Source of the DNA: a bacterium
GTDB lineage: Bacteria > Patescibacteriota > Minisyncoccia > Moranbacterales > DUUL01
DNA: 64,000 nt
NCBI GenBank assembly: GCA_018675685.1
Contig: JABGXP010000014.1
Location: forward strand, 81,288 to 145,287
Direction: 5' to 3'
Shown: positions 48,403 through 58,653 of the stretch, one piece after another
How the letters are laid out: each line of letters begins with the position of its first letter
Position numbering within the stretch: the stretch's first letter is position 1
The notes under the pieces: generated by a model
Database searches by the model: none
What the model saw: the letters and a program-made list of their open reading frames with translations, nothing else
What the model was told of the DNA's origin: nothing
Translations under genes and position numbers: made by a program

Positions 48403-49368
48403 ATGGCAGGTAATTCAAAGGAAATACAACGAAGAATAAAGTCTATTGGAAATACTCGAAAAATTACTCGGGCTATGGAGATGGTTTCAGCATCCAAGAT
48501 GAAAAAAGAGATTAATCGGGTGTTGCAAGTCAGGGAATATGCACGAGCTTCTTGGGGTGTTTTGACAAACCTTTCGAAGGCTTTTGATCGACTGGAGCAC
48601 GGTCTCTTGGAGGTGCGTGAAGTTAAACGAGTTTTGATAGTGCTAATCACTTCAAACAGAGGTTTATGCGGAGCATATAATGCTCAAATAATTAAAAAAC
48701 TTTCCCAGCAAGTGAAAAATCCGAAATTGTTGAAAATTAACAGAATCGGGAATGAGAAAATTGGTTCAACGATAAAAGATGAAGATTTGGAGTTTGATTA
48801 TATTGCTGTTGGAAAAAAAGGTTTTAATTATCTTGCAAGGCGAGACAAGGATGTAGTTGCAAGTTTTGAAGATTTCAATTATTCGCCTTCAGTTGAGGCA
48901 GTCAGGTCACTGGCTAGAATTGTGATTGATGACTATGTAAGTGGAAAATATGATAAAGTTGTGGTTGCGTATACTGATTTTAAGAATACAGCCGTTCAAG
49001 TGCCAAAACTGAGACAGCTTTTGCCAATTTCAAAGATTGATATCGAAAAGCAAATCGAAGAAATGAACAGAGAAGATGATGTTAAAGATCTAAAAGAGAA
49101 AGAAGAGATTATTGATTACAAGATTGAACCAAAGCCGATCAAAGTTCTTCAGCAACTTTTGCCAAGGTTAGTGGAGGTGCAACTGTACCATGCAGTGCTT
49201 GAATCAAACGCTTCAAAAGAATCAGCAAGAATGTTGGCAATGAAGAATGCCTCTGATGCGGCAGCTGATATGATAACAGAATTGCAATATTCATATAATC
49301 AGATTCGTCAGACAGGAATTACGCAAGAGATTGCGGAAATTACTTCTGGTCGAGCTGCATTGGAATAA
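48403..49368 (+). CDS. atpG: F0F1 ATP synthase subunit gamma
   Basis: N-terminal IKSIGNTRKITRAMEMVSASKM and a C-terminal helix. Confidence 0.85.
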   Translation: MAGNSKEIQRRIKSIGNTRKITRAMEMVSASKMKKEINRVLQVREYARASWGVLTNLSKAFDRLEHGLLEVREVKRVLIVLITSNRGLCGAYNAQIIKKLSQQVKNPKLLKINRIGNEKIGSTIKDEDLEFDYIAVGKKGFNYLARRDKDVVASFEDFNYSPSVEAVRSLARIVIDDYVSGKYDKVVVAYTDFKNTAVQVPKLRQLLPISKIDIEKQIEEMNREDDVKDLKEKEEIIDYKIEPKPIKVLQQLLPRLVEVQLYHAVLESNASKESARMLAMKNASDAAADMITELQYSYNQIRQTGITQEIAEITSGRAALE

Positions 49369-49390
49369 AAAAGGACATAATTAATTTTAG

Positions 49391-50809
<1,419 letters not shown>

Positions 50810-50832
50810 CAAAGGAATTATTAATAGTGTAA

Positions 50833-51285
50833 ATGATGAAAACCATTAAACTTAAAGTTACTACACCAGAGCGAGTTGTTTTGGAGACCCAGGTGGAACA
50901 AATAACACTTTCAACGCAGGTTGGTAAGGTTACAATCTTGCCAAATCATGTGCCGCTCCTCAGCATTATCGTTCCTGGAATAATTGAAACCAAACAAGAG
51001 GGTCAAATAGAGCATATGGCCACCTCAGGAGGTTTTTTGGAGTTTCATGATAATGAGCTCACAATCTTGGCCGACACCGCTGAGAGGGCTGATGAGATTG
51101 ATCTGGAGCGTGCCCAAGAGGCAAGAGAGAAGGCAGCAGAAATGAAAAAAGATCAACAAATGCACATAGATGAAAATCAATATGCAATTGTTGTTTCTGG
51201 AATTGAAAAACAATTAGCAAGAATTAGGGTTGCAAAGAAATACCGACCGAAAGGACTCGGCAATAAAGGAGTGCCAAGAAATTAG
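50833..51285 (+). CDS. atpC: F0F1 ATP synthase subunit epsilon
   Basis: N-terminal beta-sandwich (LKVTTPERVVLETQVEQITL) and a C-terminal helical hairpin. Confidence 0.8.
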   Translation: MMKTIKLKVTTPERVVLETQVEQITLSTQVGKVTILPNHVPLLSIIVPGIIETKQEGQIEHMATSGGFLEFHDNELTILADTAERADEIDLERAQEAREKAAEMKKDQQMHIDENQYAIVVSGIEKQLARIRVAKKYRPKGLGNKGVPRN

Positions 51286-51304
51286 CAATATTATGAAATA
51301 GGAA

Positions 51305-51341
51305 AGAGGGTAACCAGGAACTTTGGTCACCCTCTTTTTTG
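51305..51341 (+). terminator. rho-independent terminator of the atp operon
   Basis: agagggtaacc-aggaactttg-ggtcaccctct followed by a run of six T. Confidence 0.7.
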
Positions 51342-51374
51342 AAAATCCTCTTTGCAAGACTTTTTAAAAAGATT

Positions 51375-51570
51375 AACAAGGGTGGCCTTTCGTGGTATAA
51401 TGTTTGCGTATGTAATTGAAAATAAATACATACAAAAAAAGAGACGTGTTTGACTCCCGATTTAACGGAGGAAAACACAGAACCATAGATCCCGTTCATT
51501 GGAAGCGGGTTTTATGGTATATGGATATTAAATAGCAAAGAGAGTGTACAGTGCATTCTCTTTTTGCAAT
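51375..51570 (+). ncRNA. candidate small RNA: extended -10 promoter plus terminator hairpin with no ORF between them
   Basis: TTAACA-17-TGgTATAAT at 51375-51400. About 130-160 nt downstream is the hairpin agagagtg-tacag-tgcattctct followed by ttttt (51536-51570). No credible ORF lies between them, and the next gene is on the opposite strand. Confidence 0.25.
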
Positions 51571-51646
51571 AAATAATCATCGACTTTCATCGATGATTAT
51601 TAAAAATAGCTTTTTAGATTTGAGTTCTTTAATCTTAAATATCGAA

Positions 51647-52606
51647 TCAAGTTGTGCTTTTTCTTCCTAGCATTTCAAGGAGAGAGGGGAGTGCAAAGTG
51701 AACGACAATTCCAATTCCAATAGCTGAAAGTGGCACCCAGTAGAGCGCGTGACAATTTTCAAGGAGATACCAAGTTGCAACGAGAGCCGTTACTCCTGCA
51801 GTATCAAACTTCCAACCATAATCGCTGAGTTCTACATGTTTCCAGGTATTAGCAATAAGAGCTATTGCCAAAACGATAAGCGCTAGTACCCACGGCAACT
51901 TTTTTGTATTTTCGCAAGTAGTTGATGTCCCCTTAACATCTCCAGCATTTTCTGATCCTGCTCCTTCCTCGGAAATTATTGGTGTGTTTTCGCCGAGAAC
52001 TTCAGCCTCTTCTTCTGGTAAGTTCTCTGTTAGACCAAGCACGCGTCCTTGGTCAGTAAGAATATCTTCCTCGGTTTCATCTTCTGTTGCTACGCGTGAT
52101 TCTATTTCAAATTCAATATCAAATTTTGCTTCTAAGTTTTGATATTCATTACCAGCATCTTCATCGAATTTTATTTTAATGCGATATTCTTTGCCTTTTG
52201 TAGCGCTCAGACGGTCCATGTATAACTCTTCTTCATCTGCCTTTTTCAAGTCATAGCGGTCCCCTGGTCCGCCAATCCGATAACTCCCATTCTCAACCCT
52301 GATAACATATAGTTTCAATTCTTCTGCTAATTTCTTGTCACCCTTAAGGTCAATAGTAAAAAATAAATTAATATCATCTGTTTCGCTGTCATTTTCCACT
52401 CTAATAGTTTTCTTTTCTTGCCAACCAGGCAGGATGTTAGTGAAATCGAAAATAGCACTTTCATTTAAATTTGTTCCCACTGGATATTCAACATCGATTT
52501 TGTCATCTGCCCAAGCAATGTTTGTGAAAAAAACTCCACTAAAAAGCAAGCTTATTGTAAGTAAGAAGAATTTTTTCAGTCCAAATTTTATACCATCTTT
52601 TTTCAT
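51647..52606 (-). CDS. secreted TasA/camelysin-like-fold protein with a C-terminal double-TM anchor; last gene of the sipW operon
   Basis: Signal peptide (FTNIAWA/DD). A beta-rich domain with a TasA-like NILPGWQEKKTIRVEN motif. An acidic linker and two C-terminal TM helices. Its start overlaps the stop of the upstream gene by 4 nt. Confidence 0.4.
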   Translation of the reverse strand: MKKDGIKFGLKKFFLLTISLLFSGVFFTNIAWADDKIDVEYPVGTNLNESAIFDFTNILPGWQEKKTIRVENDSETDDINLFFTIDLKGDKKLAEELKLYVIRVENGSYRIGGPGDRYDLKKADEEELYMDRLSATKGKEYRIKIKFDEDAGNEYQNLEAKFDIEFEIESRVATEDETEEDILTDQGRVLGLTENLPEEEAEVLGENTPIISEEGAGSENAGDVKGTSTTCENTKKLPWVLALIVLAIALIANTWKHVELSDYGWKFDTAGVTALVATWYLLENCHALYWVPLSAIGIGIVVHFALPSLLEMLGRKSTT

Positions 52607-54948
52607 GCCAATATGTTATTGATAATTAACATTACTATTTCTCCCAGATCATTCTCTTCCTCTTTTTTTTCTTCTTCCTTTAACTCTTCTTTTTCTTCTG
52701 ACTCTTCTTCTTTAATCGCTTCTAGTTCTACTTGTTCCTCTTTGGGTTCCTCAGATGTTTCGTTTTCTGCTTCCTCTGCTTTCTCGTCTTTTAATTCAGG
52801 GGTTTCATTGTTAGCTGATTCTTCTTCTACACTTTCCAATTTCTCTTCTTCTGGGGCTACCTCCTCTGCAATTTCTGGTATCGAGTCTTCTTCTTTGGAG
52901 TTTTCATTATTTAAATCAGAATCCTTGTCGTCAGTTTGGTTTTCTTCACTCTCAATAGAAGACTCTTCGCCCGAATCTTCTTCAGGTAGTTCAACTTGCT
53001 CAGTATCGGTTTGCTTTATGTTTTCTTCTTGGGCCTGATCAGTTTCTCCTTTAGAAGTATCCTCCCCTTTAATGGCATCGAGGAAAACTTCATCGCCATC
53101 TTCCTTTTTTTCATCTTCGTCTTCTTCTTGCGATTCCAAAGCAATTTCTGCTAGGATTTCGCGATAAACATCTTTGGGCATTTCATCATCATTTTCATCA
53201 TCTAAAAGACCCAAGTATTCCAAGAAAACTCCCTTGCAAAATGGATGTTCTTCCTCTCTGTCGAAATCTCTTTTGTCGAAACATTCTTCCAGAACTATTG
53301 CTTGATAATAATCTTTTTCATCGCTAGAGAGTTTGTTTTCTTTGCCTAAGCGAGGATTTGGGTCAACAAAAGGACCAACACCATCTGGGATTCGTTGAAA
53401 CGCTTTATTTTCAAAGAAATCGCTTGGCTTTTGATAATCATAGTGATCATTTTCAATTTCAACACTGCCATAACGAGCAATCAGATATAATTCACCGTTG
53501 TTGTTATTATCAAAGAATTCAGCTGGATTAAATTGTCCGTCTGCATACACAACTAGATCATCGCCAGCTGGAACAATGGTCTCACCACTATCTGAAGGGT
53601 TGTCATCATTGTCGCCGTTGGAAGTCGAAATAATAATTTCATCTCCGTCTTTATTGGCAATGATCCAACCAGCCACATCCCAGTCCTTGTCATCATTATT
53701 CCAAAGTTCAATCACTTCACCATTTGGCATTGGCGCTACGTCACTTCCAGATGGATTTGCCACAAACTCATTTAAAACTATTGGCAAGAGGTTTTGTCCA
53801 CCAGGCGTGCCATAGTTATTGATTTCATCTTCCCAAAAGTCAGTATCATTAGCAGCTGGGTGATTTGTCGTGAACCAATTTTTAGCATCCGTGCCATCTC
53901 CTGGGAGAGGCATTCTTTGCATTGAACGATAATCCGAACCATTTTCTCCTGCTGGCCAAGCTGAATCTTTCCAGGCGACGTCAACTGTTGTACCAGCTTT
54001 GTTTGCAAGTAAAAGTCCCTCGCCGTCATTGTGGAGACTCACATTTGATTTATGGGTGATTCCTTTATCAGAGTCTAGATTGCTGGAGAGGCCAATAGCT
54101 GTTTCATTCCATTTTTTTCTCAAGATCAAGAAATATCCATTAGCTTTGATGCTATATCCATGTGGAATTTCTAGGTGTGCCATTGCCCCTGCGCCATGGC
54201 CAAGACCATGAACATTCCAATTTGAAAGGTCAATCTCTTTGTCTGTCATGTTGCGAAGTTCAATCCATTCGTCAGAACTTCCTTCTTCTGATCCCATCCA
54301 CATAATCTCGTTGATAACAACAGCTTGGCTAGCTGACCACTGGTCGGAAGTAACACGGTTACTCGTAGTTTCAATATCAGAAAAGCCATCAGCTCCATGG
54401 GTCGAACCTGTTTGCCAAGCTTCAAATTTAAAATCAAAATCACAAACTTTATCAGCCAGGGAAGGATTGCCATCAGTTAATTTAACGGTAAAGTTCCAAG
54501 TTTCTTTTGAAATATTTTGTGTACTCGAAAAAAGATAGTCAGCTAATTTTTGATAGGTATTTGTTTGATCGTCTTTGATTTCCAATTTTTCACAAAGATC
54601 TAAGTCGCCAGAAAGATTTGTAGTTGAAACTTTGTAATTAAAATCCAGTATCCCGAGTTTTGAAAGCGAAACAGATTTAGAAGTTTCTGTGGAGGGTGAA
54701 ACTTTGGGAGAGAAACTGTCGTCGGAAGGAATGGAAAAGTCTAGAGTGGAAGCGCCCAGAGTGTTATTTGCGCCCTCTTCTTTGTCTGAAAAACTAGCAT
54801 TAGTGCCCCCAGGAAAATTCAGTGAAAAAGAAAAAACTGATATCAAAAGACAAATTCCCACTTTTTTGAGCGAGCTTAGGATTCTTCTTGTGATAACTGA
54901 TTTATATCTCCTTTTCTTCTTTGACATCGTCTTTTTTAGTATTATCAT
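52603..54948 (-). CDS. large secreted protein with a SipW-cognate signal peptide, two lamin-tail (LTD) domains and a highly acidic repetitive C-terminal region
   Basis: N-terminus GGTNASFSDKEEGANNTLGASTLDFSI (SipW-cognate class). LTD signatures VVINEIMWMGSEEGSSDEWIELRN ... DLSNW and IVLNEFVANPSG ... EVIELWN ... DVAGW. The C-terminal roughly 300 aa are D/E/K low-complexity. Confidence 0.65.
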   Translation of the reverse strand: MIILKKTMSKKKRRYKSVITRRILSSLKKVGICLLISVFSFSLNFPGGTNASFSDKEEGANNTLGASTLDFSIPSDDSFSPKVSPSTETSKSVSLSKLGILDFNYKVSTTNLSGDLDLCEKLEIKDDQTNTYQKLADYLFSSTQNISKETWNFTVKLTDGNPSLADKVCDFDFKFEAWQTGSTHGADGFSDIETTSNRVTSDQWSASQAVVINEIMWMGSEEGSSDEWIELRNMTDKEIDLSNWNVHGLGHGAGAMAHLEIPHGYSIKANGYFLILRKKWNETAIGLSSNLDSDKGITHKSNVSLHNDGEGLLLANKAGTTVDVAWKDSAWPAGENGSDYRSMQRMPLPGDGTDAKNWFTTNHPAANDTDFWEDEINNYGTPGGQNLLPIVLNEFVANPSGSDVAPMPNGEVIELWNNDDKDWDVAGWIIANKDGDEIIISTSNGDNDDNPSDSGETIVPAGDDLVVYADGQFNPAEFFDNNNNGELYLIARYGSVEIENDHYDYQKPSDFFENKAFQRIPDGVGPFVDPNPRLGKENKLSSDEKDYYQAIVLEECFDKRDFDREEEHPFCKGVFLEYLGLLDDENDDEMPKDVYREILAEIALESQEEDEDEKKEDGDEVFLDAIKGEDTSKGETDQAQEENIKQTDTEQVELPEEDSGEESSIESEENQTDDKDSDLNNENSKEEDSIPEIAEEVAPEEEKLESVEEESANNETPELKDEKAEEAENETSEEPKEEQVELEAIKEEESEEKEELKEEEKKEEENDLGEIVMLIINNILA

Positions 54949-55495
54949 TCTCTAATTCATCTGCTTTGCGTTTTTTTGTTCTTCTTCGATAATCAAGTTT
55001 TTTCAATATTTCTTTCTTGATGGTCAAAATTTCATCATAGATAATAATAACTGCGGGAACAATGATGATTAGAACAAAACCAATCGGTTTTTGCGCAGCA
55101 TTCACGGCATATCCTAAAAATGGAACAGAGAAGAGCACTTTTCCAATAACTTCATTTTTTGAGACTTGTTTGTGGTCTTTCGCATTATTAGCATCTCCTT
55201 TAGTGATGTATTTTTCGATATCGTCATTTTTTTCTATGGCTGTGATTCTATGTGTGGTCGGTGTTTTCATTTTGGAGGACTCTCCAAAAGTGATCACATC
55301 ACCAACTTGATAATTTTCAGCTGGTTTTGTGGCTACTATGCTTCCTGTGCGAATTTTTGGTTCCATTGAGCCAGAAAGCACGATAAATGATTTATAACCA
55401 CCTTTTATGGGAATAGCAGACAGAACTAAAAAAACGGCAATAATTGCAATTGCAAGGATAAATAGGTAATAGAAAGTTTTGAAGATTTTTTTCAT
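54902..55495 (-). CDS. sipW: signal peptidase I, SipW-type (archaeal/eukaryotic-like S26B)
   Basis: N-terminal TM followed by VLSGSMEPKIRTGSIV (catalytic Ser in SGSMEP) and the conserved His region (KGDANNAKDH). C-terminal TM and basic tail. Confidence 0.8.
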   Translation of the reverse strand: MKKIFKTFYYLFILAIAIIAVFLVLSAIPIKGGYKSFIVLSGSMEPKIRTGSIVATKPAENYQVGDVITFGESSKMKTPTTHRITAIEKNDDIEKYITKGDANNAKDHKQVSKNEVIGKVLFSVPFLGYAVNAAQKPIGFVLIIIVPAVIIIYDEILTIKKEILKKLDYRRRTKKRKADELENDNTKKDDVKEEKEI

Positions 55496-55590
55496 TAGAG
55501 GTGTGTTTCTTGGTAGTTGCTTGTTTAAAAACAGGAATAGTTAACTTATTGACTGCCCGAGAGTTCAGGCAGTCTAAAGTCAACTAACTA

Positions 55591-56643
55591 TTAGTAAGAA
55601 CTAACTATTAGTAAGTCAGTATCTTCATACCAAATCAAACCAGTCTCCCAGAGCCATTTGTCCATTTGAGTCCATTGAATAGCTCCATCATTCCATGCAG
55701 TCTTTGGGAGCAACCAAACCTTAACATCTTTCATGTCTTTTCCAAGCTCCATATCTCCGGTGAAATTGATATCACCACTTCCGTTTGATATGCTTTCTCC
55801 TAGGTATGTATCAACATTAGTACCACCATCATATCCAGCAGCTAATACATACGTTGTGTTAGGCAAAGCAACTTTTCCGTCAAATTCAAAATCAAAAGTT
55901 GGATTTTTAACTTCATAGGTTAGTGTGCCTTTGAAATCATCATCTTGAAGCACGTTCCAAGGTCCAGAAGTGTCTTTATTTTCTAGCCAAGCCTCCCCAT
56001 GAAGTTGTTCAGCATAGAGCTCAATGTTGAAAGTCATTTGATCACCTTGATATTCGTTGCCAGCGTTTTCATTCATGTGATAGCTTTGTCTAACTTGCAT
56101 GTAGCCATTAGCAGGAATCATTCCTAAGAACACTTTTTTAGCACCAGCATAGACATCATCAAGAGTTTTACCTTCTGAATCAAGGTAGAGGGTTTGTTCC
56201 CAGATAGGAGTATTACTTGAATCGTATACTTCAACGTATAGATCATAAATAATAACACTAGAGAGATCATTATTGTCAGTTGCACCACCCCAAGAACAAG
56301 CATCATTACTCCAATTACCACCTTGGCCATCACATTCAGGCTCTGATACTACACCTGTTATTTCTACAATTTCGGTGATATCCTTCCAAACATTAACAGG
56401 GTTTGCACTCTCTCCCTCATTTTCAATTTCAAAGTTGATATAATCGATATAATCTGGTTTCATGTCATCCATGGCGAAGCTTTCACTCCAAGGATTCATG
56501 TTATTTACTGAAATATCAATTGTTCCAGCAGTGAAAGTGTTGCCGACTGATTTTTCTTCATCTGAAAAATAGGCTACCGTACCACCGATTGCTACTGCTG
56601 CAACGGCTGTGATAACCATTAAACTTTTTAAAATCTTTTTCAT
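55591..56643 (-). CDS. TasA/camelysin-family protein with a SipW-cognate signal peptide
   Basis: N-terminus MKKILKSLMVITAVAAVAIGGTVAYFSDEEKSVGNTFTAGTIDIS is the textbook SipW-cognate class. The mature domain is beta-rich with a TasA-like core. Confidence 0.75.
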   Translation of the reverse strand: MKKILKSLMVITAVAAVAIGGTVAYFSDEEKSVGNTFTAGTIDISVNNMNPWSESFAMDDMKPDYIDYINFEIENEGESANPVNVWKDITEIVEITGVVSEPECDGQGGNWSNDACSWGGATDNNDLSSVIIYDLYVEVYDSSNTPIWEQTLYLDSEGKTLDDVYAGAKKVFLGMIPANGYMQVRQSYHMNENAGNEYQGDQMTFNIELYAEQLHGEAWLENKDTSGPWNVLQDDDFKGTLTYEVKNPTFDFEFDGKVALPNTTYVLAAGYDGGTNVDTYLGESISNGSGDINFTGDMELGKDMKDVKVWLLPKTAWNDGAIQWTQMDKWLWETGLIWYEDTDLLIVSSY

Positions 56644-57225
56644 TTTTTCTTGTTAAATTTTTATACTAAATTTCTCCCTCTAGCAATTTAGTTAGTTTGG
56701 TTTAAGCTCTAATAGTTTAAACCAGAGAACCGTGCACAAATGTTTTTGGGTAGCTTATTCCTTCCTAGTGTTAATATTTAGTGTTTTATCTTAAACTTTG
56801 TTCATTTAACTAGATTTAAGGTAACAAAAAAATCAGAAACTTTTTGCTCCGTTGTTTTTTAGGGTTTTTTGATTTTGTTTTTCTTTCTTTTCAGGAATGC
56901 TCTTTCCATATCTGTTATTTAATCATTTAACAAAAATAATAAACAGACTCTTTCACAAACTAGCAACCAGGACCCCTCTTTTAATAACGAGTATAGCAAG
57001 TCATTTTCAAACGTCAAATGGGATTAAACTTATAACCCTGTTTTTAGGGCAAAAAACAGGGGGATTCCTTTTTCCGAAAAAATGTTAAATCTAATTGACA
57101 TTTCCTGGTATTTATGTTCAAATTAATGAGCAGAAAATTATCTGGTAACAGTTTTTTTACAAAAAGCACGAAAAAGCAGTTAAACAAAAAACCTAGACTA
57201 GGCTATTTCCAAAGGAGAAAGGTTC

Positions 57226-57741
57226 ATGAAAAATAGAAGAGAAGAAAGAAGATTGTTGAGAGAAGAAGGTCTCCCAATTGAAAGAATGAGAATCATCGAC
57301 ACAGCAGAGACGTTGGATTTGCAAATCAAAGAATTTCTGGGTTGTCATGTATCCGTGAGTGGTTGTGGTTCTTCGAAAGAGCAGACACTGGATCTCTCAT
57401 TGGTGAGAGAGTTTGTCGGAGCAATTCCGGTTGCCAACGTTTTGTTCGAAGCACCTCGCTTTGCATGGACCAATGAGGAAGATGATATTCCTGTCAGGGC
57501 GATTGTTCTGGAAGTTTTGGCTGGTAGCAAAGGAGATGACCTTCTGAATGGCATTTTCGATGATGTTGGCATGATCTTTGAGGATATTCGTTTTTTGAAC
57601 TTTCTCTCAGTTATCCAAGCGACGTTGTCGCCAGTGTTTCCAGTTTGTGAGCTGGAGGTTTTGCTGAAAATGATTAATGATTTCAAAAAAAGTCCGGTGA
57701 TCCAAAAATCAGACATGGGGGATGAAAATATCAATGAATAG
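57226..57741 (+). CDS. hypothetical protein in a GC-richer island
   Basis: A 171-aa ORF with an AAGGAGAAAGG RBS. GC is clearly above the local background. No motif recognised. Confidence 0.3.
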   Translation: MKNRREERRLLREEGLPIERMRIIDTAETLDLQIKEFLGCHVSVSGCGSSKEQTLDLSLVREFVGAIPVANVLFEAPRFAWTNEEDDIPVRAIVLEVLAGSKGDDLLNGIFDDVGMIFEDIRFLNFLSVIQATLSPVFPVCELEVLLKMINDFKKSPVIQKSDMGDENINE

Positions 57742-57971
57742 CTCCTTTTGTCGAATAGTTCGTTCTATTGAATGTTTGCGAGGTGTCTAGTGGAAAATTC
57801 CGCTGGACACCTTTTTTTGAATAATTTTTGTCGATTTTCATTGACAAAAGTAACAAAATCATGTATGGTTATTGGAATGATCCAAATCTCTTTTGAGTCA
57901 AGGTCATTTGCTAGTTCTTCGTCAATTTGGAATTTTAGAAAAAAACTTTTTAATTTTTTTGGAGGTAAGTC

Positions 57972-58367
57972 TTGAAAGAAGAGCATGGAAGGATAAATGT
58001 TTTAATCGTGGATAGCGAGGAAGATGATGCTATAATTCTCGATATCAGAAAGTTGATCATCAATTTACATCAAAAACAAGGGAGCAAAAAAGAGCTAGCT
58101 ATTAGCTTAATTGATAGCCAAGTGAATCTTTTTGCACATCATTTAGAGTTTGATTTTCAAATTGTTATTCTGTTAAACAACAATGAAAAAAGCGATTTGA
58201 TTTTTCAATATCTAAATGGGTTTTTTTCTGGCAAGGCAAAGTTTATTGTCATTGGCCCTGAAATTGAAACTGCGGCTAAGCACGCGAAGTTTGAAGGTGC
58301 TTGGGTTGTTTCAAACACCTTTAATGAAGTGATCCCACAGTTCGAAACATTGATGGGAGAGAAGTAG
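57972..58367 (+). CDS. response-regulator receiver (REC)-like single-domain protein, possibly atypical
   Basis: INVLIVDSEEDDAII at the beta1/acidic pocket position, LIDSQ (candidate phospho-acceptor region) and FIVIGPE ... K late in the domain. A single-domain CheY-like fold is inferred. Confidence 0.35.
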   Translation: MKEEHGRINVLIVDSEEDDAIILDIRKLIINLHQKQGSKKELAISLIDSQVNLFAHHLEFDFQIVILLNNNEKSDLIFQYLNGFFSGKAKFIVIGPEIETAAKHAKFEGAWVVSNTFNEVIPQFETLMGEK

Positions 58368-58426
58368 TTTAAACGGTCAATCAGCAAAGTAAACTGCAAA
58401 GGTTTACTGAAGATGGGGAGGATGCT

Positions 58427-58603
58427 ATGGACAGATATCTTGACCCAGAAATACGACAAAGGCGCAGAAACAAACTAGTAAGTGGCAAGTGCACTGTTTG
58501 TTCAAATGACGCTGCAATTCCTTGGAAGCAACATCAATATTGTTACGACTGCTGGGTAATTGCAGAGGTTTATTTCATGAAAGAACTGCGGAATGAAAAA
58601 TAA
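58427..58603 (+). CDS. 58-aa zinc-ribbon mini-protein (CTVC ... CYDC), not in the ORF track
   Basis: GGGGAGGA RBS 5-12 nt upstream of the ATG. Sequence MDRYLDPEIRQRRRNKLVSGKCTVCSNDAAIPWKQHQYCYDCWVIAEVYFMKELRNEK. Confidence 0.3.
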   Translation: MDRYLDPEIRQRRRNKLVSGKCTVCSNDAAIPWKQHQYCYDCWVIAEVYFMKELRNEK

Positions 58604-58653
58604 GGAGAGCGAAAGATTAATTTAACCTATCAATCAGCAAAGGTGGTAAGAAG

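Noticed and set aside
52620-53100. Highly repetitive GA-rich DNA that superficially looks like an array of short repeats
   Set aside because: It is in frame and encodes the D/E/K low-complexity tail of the LTD protein. There is no constant-length repeat/spacer organisation, so it is not a CRISPR.
56897-57088. 63-aa ORF in the large intergenic region
   Set aside because: No RBS, odd composition, and it overlaps a perfect terminator-like hairpin. It is probably non-coding.
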